A stretch of 64,000 nucleotides of DNA from Eledone cirrhosa. Lineage: Eukaryota. The notes beneath the pieces are model-generated. The model was not told where the DNA came from, did not search any database, and saw nothing but the letters and a program-made list of their open reading frames with translations. The position numbers were made by a program, and so were the translations under genes. Where the stretch lies: assembly GCA_964016885.1 (NCBI GenBank), contig OZ024740.1, forward strand, positions 63,860,001 to 63,924,000. Direction: 5' to 3'. Shown here piece after piece: positions 1 to 14,644 of the stretch. Each line of letters begins with the position of its first letter. The first letter of the stretch is position 1.

Positions 1-600
1 TTAGGCACAAGGCCAATAATGTAGTGATAATTGTTGCCACAAGTTTATTACTCGATGCTCAATGTACCAACAAGTGAATATTGTTATTGTAAAATAAACA
101 TTGTCAACATCACAATTATGGCATTATTCTTTTTATCATTCATCCCGAAAAGGAATACATTATCCACTACAAATATCATTGTGAAGTTTACATATAAAGT
201 AGTTCCAAATAGTGTTGGATATTATCTTGGAGTCACTCTGGATCTTATGCCATAACTTTTATATTTATTCACAAATTCTTAAATAAATTTGCTGGATTAT
301 CTAAAACTGAATGTAAATTCACAATTTAATTATCTGAACAGTACCAACATAACATGTATATTTTAAATATGAAAAAGAAATAACTTGCTGCCTATTATTC
401 ACTTGCTATAGACATGTAATATCAATAACAAATATAGTATTAAATTAATGTTGTAAAAAAGTTTACAATTACCTACCTACATTTTTAAAAGCCACACAAA
501 CAACAGAATTTGCTGCTTTTCAAGAAACTAAAAATATTTCTTCAACAAAAATAATTTTTTTTTAATACTTTGACATTTTGTGATTTCGAATGAAACATGC

Positions 601-1019
<419 letters not shown>

Positions 1020-1399
1020 TATATATATATATATATATAAATGTGGCTTCAGTTTCTTTTTTTTTGTATTTTGAAAGAATAAATATGATTGTTATTGCAG
1101 ATACCCTACAATAGATATTACCAAAATTTGATACAAACTTCTGCACAATAAAGCATCTTAGCTATATGGAAGGATGGAAACTTTAAAGACAGGAAATGTC
1201 AACATCAGTTGAAATTGTAGTGCTTATTCAAAGATTAATCTGTCCACAAACGATACCTCCATTGACTACCTGAAATAAATAAAAAATAAAAAAGAGAAAA
1301 TATGTTTAAGATATCTGAAGTGCAGAATTAAAAATTAAAAATTCATTTATTTATTTAGATTGAACAAAATTGAAAAATGAACGAATAATTTAATATACT

Positions 1400-2812
1400 C
1401 ATTTCTGATGTTAGAGTGACATATGGAAATATAAAATGCTGCTTTTGAAGAAACCAAGTTAATAATTGTAAAAGAAATTGACATTAATTTAAACCAAATT
1501 TATTGCGACTGTATTTCGTAATAAAACTGAGACATTTTAACCAAAATACCTAATCTATTTTACCATAACTTAATCTATTTTATAAAATGCAGAATCTGTT
1601 AGGAATATTTGTGAATTCATATTTTCAAAGTAAAAATCACTAAACAATTTATATTTTGTAGTAAAACAGACTTTTTACAAAGAAATATCTCAAAATACTA
1701 TATTTTAATAATTGTAGAAGATATTAGGGACATTTCTGAGCATGTCTGGCTGAAACAAAATGATAATTTATATTTATATAACAAAAAGATATATTTATAA
1801 CAATATATTTATAACAGATATATTTATAACAAAAAGATAATTTATATTTTCTAAGATAAGTGAAATAACATAAGAAGCTGTTTTCTCAAGAAATATGAGA
1901 AATCTAAAAATAGCAAAATTTTCATCTTAACTGCTTTTGTGTGACTTACAGAAATAATAAATGCTGCTTTTGGAGCAACCAAGTCAATAATTCTATAGAA
2001 ATTTAACATGTAGCAAAATTTCAAATTTATAACAACTGTATTTTGTGGTAAAATTGAAACATTTTAAAATAGAAATACACTAAAATAATTTCTCTTAACA
2101 ATGTCGAATCTATTGCAGACATTCTGAACGTATTTGGCTGTAAAAATGCAAACTTAAGATAAGTGGAAATCACAAAAAAAAAAAAGCTAATTTCTAACAG
2201 GTCTGCAGTCAAGATATATGTGAAATTGAAAAGTTGCAAACTTTTCATCTTACCTCAAAATAATCTTTTTTATCAATCTATTGAGGACATTTCTTAAACA
2301 AGTTTGGCTGTAGAAAATGAATAATTCCTTAAGATATTTTCTAAGTTAATTGAAAATGACCAAAAAAATGTCATCTGCTTTCTCTAATGTTCATGGTTAA
2401 AATATATGAAATTGAAAAGTGGCAAAATGTTCATCTTAACTCCTTTTGAGTGACATATGGAAATGATAAATGTCATTTTTGGAGCAACCAAGTCAATAAT
2501 TGTAAAGATATTTGACATTAGGTTAGATCGAATGTAGCATAATTTCAAATTAATAAAATCTCCATTTTGTAGTAAAACTGAAACATTTTTACAAAGAATA
2601 CCTCAAAATAATCTTTTTTTACCAATTAAAAATCTACTGAGGATATTTCTAGACAAGTTTGACTGAAGAAAATGAATAATTCCACAAGTTAAGTGAAAAT
2701 CACCAAAAAATACCATCATCTCAAGGTAAAAAAATATGTGTAATTGAAAAGTGGCAACATTTTCATTTTGACTCCTTTAGAATGACCTATGGAAATAACA
2801 AATGCCATTTTT
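1400..2812. repeat. diverged AT-rich tandem repeat (unit ~330-530 bp)
   Basis: Recurring block like tgacatatggaaat..aaatgctgcttttggagcaaccaagtcaataatt at ~1415, ~1940, ~2450 and ~2780. Confidence 0.75.
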
Positions 2813-5800
2813 GGCCGTACTTAGAATAGGCAGTATAAATGCACGTGGGCTGAGGTCATCTTGGAAGCAGGGTCACCTGCTCAATGACCCCAGGTCACTA
2901 AACATAGATGTGGTGGCCATTAGCGAGACCAGAATCTCTGAAGCACGAGCCTTCGCACCGATCTTCAGCGGCTACGATGTATACGCATCTCCCAGCCGTT
3001 CAGGATCGGGGGGAGGGGTTGCCGTCCTTCTTCGGAGAGGCTTGGATCTTGCCGTACGGGCCATCTTCCTGGACCCAGAAGGTAAGTCGGTGGTGCTGGA
3101 CGTGACCGGCAGCGAAGGCAATACTTTCAGGCTAGTAGCCGTCTACGCTCCAAAGGGGCAGGACGGCCAGATTTCTTCAGACCTCTAGAGACCTTTCTTG
3201 TAAAAGTCCCGCTCTTTAGTGTTAGTGGGCGACTGGAACGGTATCTTGGATGCACGCTGGGATTGTATGGGGCTAGTGGATAGGGGAGGAGGGTGCAAGA
3301 GCCTCACCAACCTGCTCAAACGTTTTGAACTGTCTGATAGGTATCGACTGGATCACCCGAATGTGCCAATGTGGACATGGACAAACCGTATCGGGTCATC
3401 CAGATCGTATCTCGATAGGGTATTCTGCAGAGAACTAGATAACGCTAGTAAAATAGTCGACTACACAGACCACAAATTTGTGATCTGTGAGATCGACATA
3501 GACAGACTTCATAGACAAGGACCCGGTACTGGAAGCTGAACGCGACTTTCCCGGCGCGCAAAGCCTACAGAGACCGGATTAGCGTATTAGTTAAGCGGGC
3601 ATTGACGGGAGTGGTCGTCAACAACATGTGGTGGTTCGCCCTGAAAAGGGAAATTAAAGTAGAGTCGATTAGGTTTAGCAAAGGACTAGAGGAAAATAGA
3701 GTAGAGGGAAAGCTAGTCAGAAAGCTAGAAGAGGCGTTTAGGACAGGCATCGCAACCGACGTGCTTGCGGCGAGATTGGCACTCGACCAATTCTTCAACG
3801 CAAAACACGAAGGCTGCGTTGTCAGAGCTAGAGCGCGTGCTCTGAAACACGAGGGGACAAAAGCCGTCCAATGGGCCCGGGTGGCAGAGGCGCGATGTGG
3901 CAACAAAGCCACAATTCGGTCTTTGTCTGATCAAAACGGGCGCGTTATGCTCGAACCCGAGCAGATGTGTGAGGCTTTTCAGCAGCACTTTGCTGAACTG
4001 TTAGGTAAGCGTCGGGCTGGATTGGGGTATGGACTTCAGTGCATACCTCGACGGACTGCCTCGGCTCTCGACGACCGCAGCGCAGTGTTGCGAAAAGCCA
4101 ATAACAGCCGGTGAAATACGGGAAGCGATGAGGTAAATCGCCAGGTTTGGATGGTCTGCCCTACGAGCTTTATGCATTTATGCTAGACTTGTTCGGTGAC
4201 CTCTTGGCAGACGTCTACTGCAACTGGCAGCAGAACGGGAGCATTCCCAGTTTTGTGAGCCGGAAAGCGGTGGCGCTGCTGAGAAAAGACCCGAACAAGG
4301 GGGATGTTATCGATAACATCAGGCCCATAACCCTGCTAAACGCAGAGTTCAAGATTTTGGCCAAGCTGTTAGCAACGAGGTTGGCGCTTGTCGTCAAGGG
4401 TCTGGTGGGAGAGGTGCAGACATGCGCCATTCCGGACAGATCCATACACGACAACCCCCACTTCATGCGATACATCGTAGAGAGGGTGGTTAAGGAACCT
4501 GGCACGGGTGAGGCCCTGATCAACTTGGATCAATCCAAAGCATTCGATAGGATCGACCATCGCTACCTGGCAGCGGTTCTCGAGGCAGCCGGTTTCGAGC
4601 CTTTTTTCAGGGGTTGGATCGCTGCGATGTACAGCGACATCTGCTCGGTTGTGAGGGTGAACGGTCACCTGTCGCAGCCGTTCAGCATCATGCACTCGGT
4701 CCGCCAGGGTTGTCCCTTCTCGTCCCTCTTGTACGTATCGGCTCTCGAGCCGTTACTGCACAAACTGGGGACGATGAGGGGCGTCCCACGCGAACTAGGA
4801 TGCGGGAAATCCGAATCGGCTTACGCCGACGACGTCACCGTGGTGGTGTCGAGCACCAGACACGTCCAGATGTTCGGCACCGCCCTCAAGGAATACGAAG
4901 CGGTGACAGGAGCAAAGATAAACCAGGAAAAGTCGGTGGGCTTGCAGCTCGGCACCTGGAGAGGCAAGTCCATGCCGTCCGACAGCGTCGTGTGGCGTTG
5001 GACGGACGGACCGGTTAAATTGCTCGGGGTCTGGTTCGGACCGGACCTCCAGATGGAGAAAAACTGGAGCGAGGTAGCAAGCAGGGTGGCTTCCCTCACC
5101 CAGAAATGGACCGAGAGGAAGCTGTCCCTGAAAGGGCGGGCGGAGGCGACGAATGGGTACATCACATCCGTCATCTGCTACCGCCTCACCGTCGTCCCTT
5201 TCCCCGGCCCAACTCTCACCAAAATGGAGCGTCTCCTCTTCCGCTTTTTGTGGAACGGACGCACTCCCATGGTCAGACGATCCATCTGCTGTCAACACCC
5301 GTTGCGTGGAGGACTGGGCATGCCATGGCTGATGATGCGCAAACATGCGCTGAGGCTGCGACATCTCTGGTGCTTCCTTGACAGTGAACAGGTGTGGTCG
5401 CCGTTCGTCAGGCACGTTTTCTCACAGCTCGTCTCCTTGACGGAGCTGCAGTCCTGGATCAGGAAAATCCCAAGAGATAGCGCTTGGAAACTGGAATGTC
5501 TCCAGGCGCTCACCGCCCTGTGCCAGCTAGGCACCAGTATCGGTGGAACATCTACCTCGGTGTTCTATAGAGGACTAGTGGAGAGGAAGAGCGACGACGT
5601 TCTCGGAGAGATCCTGGGCGTCAAAGAAGATCAGCTGTTTGCTCTCTTCGGGAGAACTTTCAGCCCAGGGCCTATGGATAACTTCCAAAAATCCCTGGCC
5701 TGGCAGTGCTACCGGGGAGCGTGGCGGGTTCGAGATAAGCTCTACAGGCACGGAAGTGCCGTCAGCCGAGCCTGTTCGAGATGCCCGAGCGTTGCTGACT

Positions 5801-6145
5801 TGTGGAGCTATGTCGAACAGTTGCTGTCACGTGTGGGACTGATCCGGTTATCGTCTGAGTATTGTGAAGATGGTCTCGCCGTCTTCCTTCGAGGAGGGAG
5901 GGCAGGCGGTTTTCATCTGTCTTGTGGCCATGGCGAAAGAGATTATGTGTTGGACAAGGTTGAAAGGGTTAAAGACAGACACTTTCCTCTTCGGCGAATC
6001 CCCAGTTAACTTTTTCAAGTTACACTTGAAGAGGAAAATCAGGGTGGAGAGGCAAGTGCTGCTTTCTAGCAAGTTTGTTGAAAGGTGGGTGAATGTAGCG
6101 AGAATGGTCCGACTGAACGGGACCGCTCTGAATATACGCCTGTAG
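2811..6145 (+). pseudogene. disrupted Tx1 ORF2 (EN-RT)
   Basis: Split into ORFs 2802-3188, 3219-3539, 3602-4114, 4147-6009 and 5864-6145, collinear with intact ORF2 at 59384-62821. Confidence 0.93.
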
Positions 6146-6460
6146 TTTGAGAAATGGAAAAATTGAGAGAGGGCGCTTGCCCTTGTGGTCAGGGTGGCCG
6201 TGGTCTTTCCACGAGTAACCCTCGGAGGTTTCCCCCCTATCGGAGAATTTTTCATTGTTTCAATTTTCATTTTTATTGTTTATATATATATATATATGTT
6301 TGTCTTTTTCTTTTTCTTTTCTTATATAAATAATAAAAATCCTTACACGCACAAAACCCACATCGTACCATCCTGTACCGTCCTGTGCCGTCTGTAATGT
6401 TTTTCTTGATGTCAGCCCTTGTGACCAATAAAGAAATCATTATTATTATTATTATTATTG
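2811..6460 (+). mobile_element. L1-Tx1-clade non-LTR retrotransposon, 5'-truncated (ORF2 + 3'UTR), (ATT)n tail
   Basis: APE endonuclease motifs (NARGL, ISETR, GDWN, YLDR, TDH), RT motifs (KAFDR, QGCP, YADD). Ends AATAAAGAAATC-(ATT)n. Confidence 0.95.
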
Positions 6461-6656
6461 AATTGGCAGTATCGGTAGAGAGTCGGACACCATGCTTTGC
6501 AGCATAGTTACGGCCCTTTACGGTCCTAGTTCAAATCCCGCCGAGGTTAACTTTGCCTTTCATCCTTACGGGGTCGATAAAATGAAGTACTAGTAATGTA
6601 CTAGGATATTTGCTGGCCTTGTGCCAAAAGTAGAAACAATTATTATTATTATTATT
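6460..6656 (+). mobile_element. tRNA-derived SINE with (ATT)n tail
   Basis: A-box-like tggcagtatcgg, B-box gttcaaatc, core gcctttcatccttacggggtcgataaaa, tail ggccttgtgccaaaagtagaaacaattatt. Many copies in the window. Confidence 0.92.
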
Positions 6657-9600
6657 CAGATTTATTTATAAAAACTCAGAAAAAAATCGCTTCTCCATCA
6701 AAAAAAAAAATGGAAAATTTCGACCGTAACAACGACCAATAAACAACATACAGATCAAAAGTTCAAAAACAGCCACTATAGAATCTCACCACCACAACAA
6801 CAACAACAACAACAACAACTACTACTACTACTACTACTACTACTACAGACAAGGCTGTCGCCCATCCCACTGAATATAAAAACAAAACACAAAAGTTATC
6901 ATCACAACTGCTCCCTTTTGTGATAGTAGCAGTACCATCTCAAAATGACATCACCACCACCACAACAACAACAGCAATAACACCGACAGCCTCAATGTAA
7001 ACACTGACGGCGGCGGCAACAACAACAACAACAAACAAAACAACAAAACCAACAACAAGAGCAAGAACAACAACAATAAGAGCAACGGAGGCACCAAAGC
7101 GCTTTTTCAATGTAGATATTAGCGATAAGGAATAACAGTTGGCCCAGGCGTGGAGGTTAATTAAACGAGAGAAGTCCTGGGCAAACCTGACCATCCCGGA
7201 CGGGGAAATAGCGGCTATGCAAAGGAGGATGGTGTACTTTCGATGCATTTCAGTGCAGACACGCAAAGTAAAACTCGCCAGCCAAGCAGAGGTCGAGGCT
7301 GCTTTGAGGTGTATCGGAAGTGACATCGAGTACAAAGCAAGGGCCAAGCAGTTCGGTACCATCTCGGTACTGTTCAAAACCGAGGCCCTTGCTTAATATC
7401 AAGGACCTCGGTGACCCCCTGCAGAACGGAACGCATTATCATGCACCCGTCCCACATGGGCAAAAGGACAGTAAAGGTCCGCATTCCCAGGATCCCACCA
7501 GGAATGAACATATGGGATGCGTAATCGAAGAGGGCACAGACACTACTCTCCTAGATATCAAATGGACAGAGAGAGAAGACTGGTCCGGAATGGATTTGAG
7601 ATTCTTCTCCAAATGAAACCAGAGGACATCAACAACATCCCGGATTTTGCCCGCCAGCAGGACGGGACAACAATACAATTAATTACTGAGGGAAAAAGGC
7701 CGCACTGCTTTGTCTGCGGAGAAGCAACGCATCTGCAAGCCTTCTGTCCTCAGCTCAAAAATGCAAGGGTTCGAAAACCTCCTTTGTTGCCAACGCCAGT
7801 CTCAGCACGGAAAGCTGCACCACCACCACCACCACCACCAAAAACAACACCAACAAAGACACGGGTAACCCCACCAACATCAAAAACAGCCGGACCACCA
7901 CCAACACCAAAACTAATCCAAGGGAAAACGAGCAAAGCTCTACCACTCCCCCTACCCCTCCAATTATACACATAGACAAAACAATAAACGCACACACAGA
8001 CACAGAGACACTCACAGCCACAGACCCTTTGTCTTCCAGCAGTGAAGATGAAGGAAAACCTAAAAGTGCCAAAAAAAACAAAAGAGAAACCTCCCCCCCC
8101 CCAAAAAAAAAATCCCCAACAAAACACAAAAACATACACAACAAAAAATACAGACACCACTAACGCAAACACTTCCCCAATAACATCAGTACCAACATCA
8201 ACACCACCCCCACAATCCCCGAAACGCAAACAACCTAAACAAACACAAGAACAAATAAACACACAGACACCTGAAATTGCAGACACCACACCTACAACAA
8301 ACACAGACATACCCGAAACAACACCACCAAAACCATCACCACCACAATCACTTAAACGAAAACAAATAAAACCACACCAACAAAATATTAAAAACTTCGT
8401 GCTTGTCAGAAGGGCCAACGATGAACTGATGGCCCTCTTAGCACGAAGCGAGGACATTCAAACAGAGGGGGAGATCTTTGAAATGAGCACATTTTGCGTG
8501 CCAGAAGATTTACTTCTGGTCCGAATGTCGCTCGATTCCTTCAAAGAAATTCGGGAGAGCTTTCCTCAAGACGTGGGAACCCCGAATGTGAAACCCACAT
8601 AGAGACTTTTAAAGGGGTTCCCAAAAGAAACCCACCATGGAGGTCGAACCACCCGACCTTCACAAGACCCCGGGAGGGAAGTAAACCTTCCCTCTCTCTT
8701 TTAGCTTGCCAACATGGCCATATTAAGAGTAGGAAGTTTAAATTTTTGCGGCCTGGGGTCACCCTGGAAGCAGTGTCACCTGCTCAACGACCTCAGGAAA
8801 TGGATGTGATTGCCGTCAGCGAGACCAGGATTTCCGACACGCGCGCACTAGCCCCCATTTTCGACGACTATCAGATCTTCGCATCTGTTAGAAGGGTGCC
8901 CTCTCTCTTCTCTTCTGTACGTATTGACTCTCGAGCCTTTACTGCGGAAGCTGGAGCTGTTGCAGGGCATCCCGCTGGAACCGAGACGTGGAAGGGCTGT
9001 GACGGCTTATGCAGACGACATCACTGTGATGGTTTCGGACACCTCAGAAATCGAGGTGATCGGCAACTTATTGGAGGAATATGAAAGGTTGACGGGAGCA
9101 AAACTTAACCCGGAAAAGTCGGTGGGCTTGCAACTCGGAACCTGGAGAGGCAAGTTCATGCCGTCCAGCAGCGTCGTTGGGCACTCGACGGACGGACCGG
9201 TAAAGTTGCTCGGGGTTTGGTTTGCGCCAGACCTCCAGGTGGATAAGAATTGGGACGCGGTAACGAGCAGGGTAGCCAGTCTCACCCAAAAATGGGCTGC
9301 GAGGAAGCTATCACTGAAAGATCGCGCAGAGGTGGCGAATGCGTACATCGCGTCCGTCATCTACTACCGCCTGACCGTCGTGCCTTGCCCCCGTCCACGC
9401 CTAGTCAAGTTGGAACGGCTCCTCTTCAAATTCTTGTGGAAAGGACAAGTTCCGTTGGTGAGGCGGTCCATTTGCTGCCAGCACCCTCTACGTGGAGGGC
9501 TGGGCATGCTATGGCTAATGATGCGCAGACATGCGCTGAGGCTGCGACATCTCCAGATATTCTGCCTAAACCGCGAACAGGTGTGGACGCCGTTTATCAG

Positions 9601-10635
9601 ACGGGCCCTTCCGCAGCTCGTTTCTTTGACTGAGCTGCAGTCCTGGGGCAAGAAGAGACCGAGACTGGGTGACTGGCACCTGGAATGTTACCAGGCACTC
9701 ACTGCCCTCTACCAAGCGGGCAATGCGATCAGTGGAACTTCCACTCTCGAGTTCTATAGAGGATTAGTGGTGGGAAAGTGCGATGAGACACTCGAGGACT
9801 TTCGAACCGGGGACGACGGACAATTTCCAGAAATCCCTCTCTTGGCAGTGCTACCGGGGAGCACTGCCGGTTCGGGATAAACTCTACAGGCACGGAAGTG
9901 CTGTCAGACGGACCTGCCCATATGCGCACAGAGCGACGGAACCGTTCTGCACGCACTTGTCCAATGTCCATGTATTACTGACTTCTGGAGTTATGTCGAA
10001 CAGCTACTGTCGCGTGTAGAACGGATCCGGCTATCGGCCGAGTCCATAGTGAAGATTGACTCGCCGCCTTCATTTGGTCAGGAAGAACAGGCAATTTTCC
10101 TCTGTCTGGTGGCAGTTGCGAAAGAGGTTATATGGTGGGCCAGATTGAAAGGACTGAAGACAGACACTTTTCTAGTCGGCCAATCCCTCATTAACTTATT
10201 CAAGTTTCACCTGAAAAGGAAGGTGAAGGTGGTGAGAGAAGTGCGGCCCCCAGTACATTTGCTAAAAGGTGGATGAATATGGCGGGAATGGCCCGTGTGA
10301 ATGGGCCTACTCTGACCATGCACCTATAGCCTAGCTAATTTGAGGAGAGGGGTGCCCTCCCTGGGTGCCCTAGAAGCGCAGGGTGGTTCAGGGTTGGTGG
10401 GGTACCTGAGTAACCCCTGGGTCGTCCACCCCCGATAGGCGAATTTATTTTGTTATATTTATACATAGATTATTTTATATTTGTATATCTTCATTGTTAA
10501 ATTAGTCTTGCCATTGTGCACTTTTACTCGACTTTATTGTAAACCCCCACTGTCCCTGTCTTTGTATTGTCCTCTACATGTCGGCCCTTGTGGCCAATAA
10601 ATGAAATCATTATTAAAATTATTATTATTATTATT
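6657..10635 (+). mobile_element. L1-Tx1-clade element, decayed ORF1 and internally deleted ORF2, (ATT)n tail
   Basis: ORF1 remnants with zinc knuckle CFVCGEATHLQAFC (7517-7975). ORF2 ATG at 8714, with the EN start fused to RT QGCP near 8890 (~1.75 kb missing). YADD in ORF 8924-9880. Confidence 0.93.
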
Positions 10636-10779
10636 TATTTTTTCATTTATATTGCTTTACGTTCATACGAGTTATCACCAAGTCACAACCAGTGACCTCA
10701 AGAGACAACAAGGTCCGCCATGTTCAAGAAAGAACATACACTCACACACATGTATCTTGTGTTTAGACTTGTGATGTAT

Positions 10780-13700
10780 TTATATTGACAGAATCTTCCT
10801 TAGTATATGCGCAGTTCCCATTAGTACTATCTTTTGTATTTCTTCTATACGCGGGTTTCCTGGGATTTGGGATAAGTAATCATTAGACTCCTTAGGTATC
10901 ATTCCTAGAGCGCCTACAACCACTGGTATTGTTTTAGCTCTCAACTTTCACATTTTTCCAATCTCTGTCGATAGGTCTTTATACTTGCTCACTTTTTCAA
11001 ATGTTTTCATAGATACATTCTTGTCTATTTAAACGGTCATATCAATTAGCAGACATACCCTCTTTTTAAAGTCCTTCAGTATTATATCAGGTCTATTTGC
11101 ATCTATTTTTTGGTCTGTTTGGATGCTAAAGTTCCACAAGATTGAGATGTGACCTTTTTCAAGTACGGGAGGTGGTTGAAGCTCTCTCCAATTCTTTTGA
11201 TGAGGCAGGCCTAAATGCTTACACATTACCCAATGTATGTATTGTGCAGCTCTGTCATGCCTGTTTAGGTATTCGGTTGGAGCTATAGGACTGCACATTG
11301 AAATTATATGGTCAATGGTCTCTGGTTGTTTTTTACATACAGGGTACAATGGGTTGCATTCATTTTTTATTATGTTGGCTTGGTAATTTTTTGTTGGCAG
11401 ACACTGATCTTGTGCTGATATAATCAGTCCTTCAGTCTCCGATTTCAGTCCAGAGGATGCCAACCACTGATGGGTTAAAGTTTTGTCAACATCAGGATTG
11501 TTAGCTCTTTCTGGGTATTTTCCATACAGAGGCTTTTCTTGCCATTTCTTAGCCAGTTTCTGTAGCAGTTCTTTCTTTGAAGTTACTTTTACCTGCTTTG
11601 CTTTTTATGTGTTTTTCATTTCAGCAGTAAATGGAATTTCTGAAATTTGTAGTTCATTACTGTATCTTTGTGCATCTTTTGTAATGGAGTATGATCTTTT
11701 GATGTTTTCGTGTTTCAAAACGAGTTTGATCATCCAATCATGTGATTCCCTTAGATATGTAGATAATCCAATTGTTGCAGTTTTCAACGCAATGTCTAAC
11801 TGGATTAACCCACATCCTCCTTCTTTCCTAGGGAGATATATTATATCTGTATCTGCCTTAGGGTGATGCATTCTGTGCATGGTTAAGAATTTTCGAATTT
11901 TTATATCGAGCCTACGGATCTCTGTGCTTGACCAGTTGATGACATTGTAACTGTAGGTTACTACTGGTATGGCAAGCGTGTTTATGGCATCGATCCTGTT
12001 CCTTGCATTCAATTCCATACTTAAGATTGCTCTTACTCTGCGGTAACATTCCTTCCTTATCTTTTCCCTCATTGTCAAGTGCTTGATTCCGTCTCCTTCA
12101 CAAACACCTAGTTTCCTCTTGATCAAGTTCTCTTATCACATTTCCCCGATCCAGATTAATGTCTGAACTTTTCAGCAGCTTTCCTCTTGTGAACGTGGCT
12201 TTGGCGCATTTATCTAGTCCAAACTCCATTTTAATGTCATCACTGAACTGCTCCACAGTGGATAATAGCCCTTGCAATTGCTCATCATTTTTTGTAAATA
12301 GTTTCAGGTCATACATGTAGAACAAGTGATTAATGGTTTTGTCATAGACTTTATATCCATGTTTTGTTTCATTGAGCATTTTACTTAATGGTATAAATGC
12401 GATGCAGAATAAAAGCGGTGATAAAGAGTCACTCTGAAAAATTCAACAATTAATATTAACTTCTCCAGCTTCCAGTGATTTTTTTTCACTATTCAAAAGA
12501 AGTTTCGTTTTCCATGTCTTCATACTGAATGACAGGAACCTCCTGACAACGGGAGATATTTTGAAAATCTCTAAACATTTTTCAATCCAACTGTGTGGCA
12601 AACTATCGAATGCTTTTTTGTAATCTATTCAAGCAATTGATAGATTTTTGTATCTATTATGACAATCTTCCAGTATAATTTTGTTAATCAAAAGCTGATC
12701 TTTACAGCCATATGAGCCTCGTTTACACCCTTCTGCTCATTGGGAAATAGATCATTTGTTATGAGGTGATCATATGTATATTCAGTTAGGACTGATGTTA
12801 AAATTTTATACATTGTGGTCAAGCAAGTTATCGGTCTGTAATTTTTGGGATTGGTTGTCTCATCATTCTTCGGAAGTAGGAATGTAATGCCGTTAACTAG
12901 CCATGATGGTATCTTTTCTGGCTCCTCAACCATTTCATTGTAAAGTTGGGCTAACAGCTCATGAAACTCTGTGAAGGCATTTATCCAAAAATTTGGTATT
13001 TTGTCTTTTCCAGGGGATTTCCATTTGCTGGTTTTTCTAAGAGCTAAACGCAATTGTTCAACTGTTATATTTTCCCATGTTTGTTCCTCAAGATGAGCTG
13101 TATCTTTCATTTGTCTGTCTATCCATGGGGTATGTATATTATGAACTTTTTCTTCGGCCCAGATCTTTTCCCAGAATTCTTGCACTTCCTCCTTGGGTGG
13201 TATTGATTTAGCAGTTATTGTTGACTTGCCAATTTTTCTGTAGAAGTTTCTTTGGTTGTTTTTGAACATATTATTGTCCTTATAGATTGGCAGTAGCGGT
13301 AGAGGTTCGGACGCCATGCTTTGACGCATAGAGTTACGGTCCTTGCCATTCTGAGTTCAAATCCTGCCGAGGTTAACTTTGCCTTTCATCCTTACGGGGT
13401 CGGTAAAATAAAGTACCAGTAATGCACTGGGTAATTGCTGGCCTTGTGCCAAAAGTAGAAACAATTATTGTCCTTATAGAATCTAGATCGTTTTTCAAAG
13501 CGCCTTATACGAGCAGCTTTGGCCGACACCTTTTGCTTGATTGTTTCTATAAGCATGTCTATGTCACTTGTTGATTTTATACTGTATTTTCTTTTCAAGT
13601 TTCTAAGTTTAGTTTGTTTAACATGTTCACCTATTTTGTAGTTTATTAAAATTTCTATGTCAGATCGGAGAAGGTTTATTTGGCGACTGATGTTCTCTTG

Positions 13701-14644
13701 CCAAGTAGGTTTCTTGTGAGAATTCCTTTGTTTTTTCATTTTCACTCCACATAAGTGAGTGGTGAATTTAGTTGATGCATAATAGAGATGATTTAGATCA
13801 GTAATGTTTAGTTTGATTGTAATGATAATGTTTTTGAGAATTATGTTAGTCTTGTGTATTATCCTTTGGTTTTGTTTGGAGTTCTGGATCTTAGGGAGAG
13901 TGTCTCGTTCTCCCATGTCAGATTCTTTCATTTTCATCCATTCGATCATAATTTCATTCTTCAAGTTGGCGAGTTCATTCTCATTCATTTCTTTATCATT
14001 TACGATCTCATTGTTTTCATTTTGAGTACCATCTTGAGCATGCACTCCTTCCACTTTTTGGATCCTTTCTTTAATTTATTCTGCTGTCAGTGATTCCGCC
14101 CCAACCCTGGGATTCGAAGTGTTACAATTTACCTCGTTTTCACTGACACATGTTTCATTTTCCCTTCGCTGACTTTGTGCTAATTGCTTGATCTGATCAA
14201 GTTCTATATCAGTTAGTAACTCCTTCTTAACAATATTTCTTCGTATATTGGCTAGTTTGTTACTGTTAATATAGCCTCTGTTTTCGGGATGTTCCTTTTT
14301 CCAGTTGATATATGTCTGTTCTGTATTCGATCTATTTTATGGGTCGTACATGGCAGTGTAGAAAGCCTCAAGGACTTCTTTATTGTCTTCTCTTGACCAT
14401 TTTTCTCTCTTTTTCTTTGGATTGCTTGGTGGTGAGCATGGAGGGTCAACAGTAGGAGTATTCCGGTTATGGGAGGTCTCCAGCTCCGAATTGATGGGAA
14501 GATTTGAACCATTAGCTGATTTTTCGACCCCAGTCTGGTTACTCTCTGAGGGACGCGGCCCTTTTTTACCCGGTATGAGATTTTATCATTTGACATTGGC
14601 TTTATTTTGTTGCGTTTTATCCTTAACCGCCAAGGGTTAATCAT
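10780..14644 (-). pseudogene. disrupted R4/Dong polyprotein (RT, CCHC, RLE)
   Basis: ORFs 14252-14644, 13392-14054, 12688-13329, 12098-12379, 11605-12126 and 11029-11463. Homologous to ORF 16694-19081. Confidence 0.9.
13287..13463 (+). mobile_element. tRNA-derived SINE inserted in the Dong element
   Basis: 17-bp TSD attattgtccttataga at 13270-13286 and 13464-13480. Confidence 0.96.

Noticed and set aside
1090-1300. Possible minus-strand terminal exon (acceptor ttttatttatttcag at ~1270)
   Set aside because: All frames stop within about 14 codons and there is no recognisable protein. It cannot be supported without transcripts.
8880-8900. ORF2 internal deletion as a splicing product
   Set aside because: The junction shows tct microhomology and no GT-AG boundaries when compared with the intact copy. 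It looks like an ordinary deletion.
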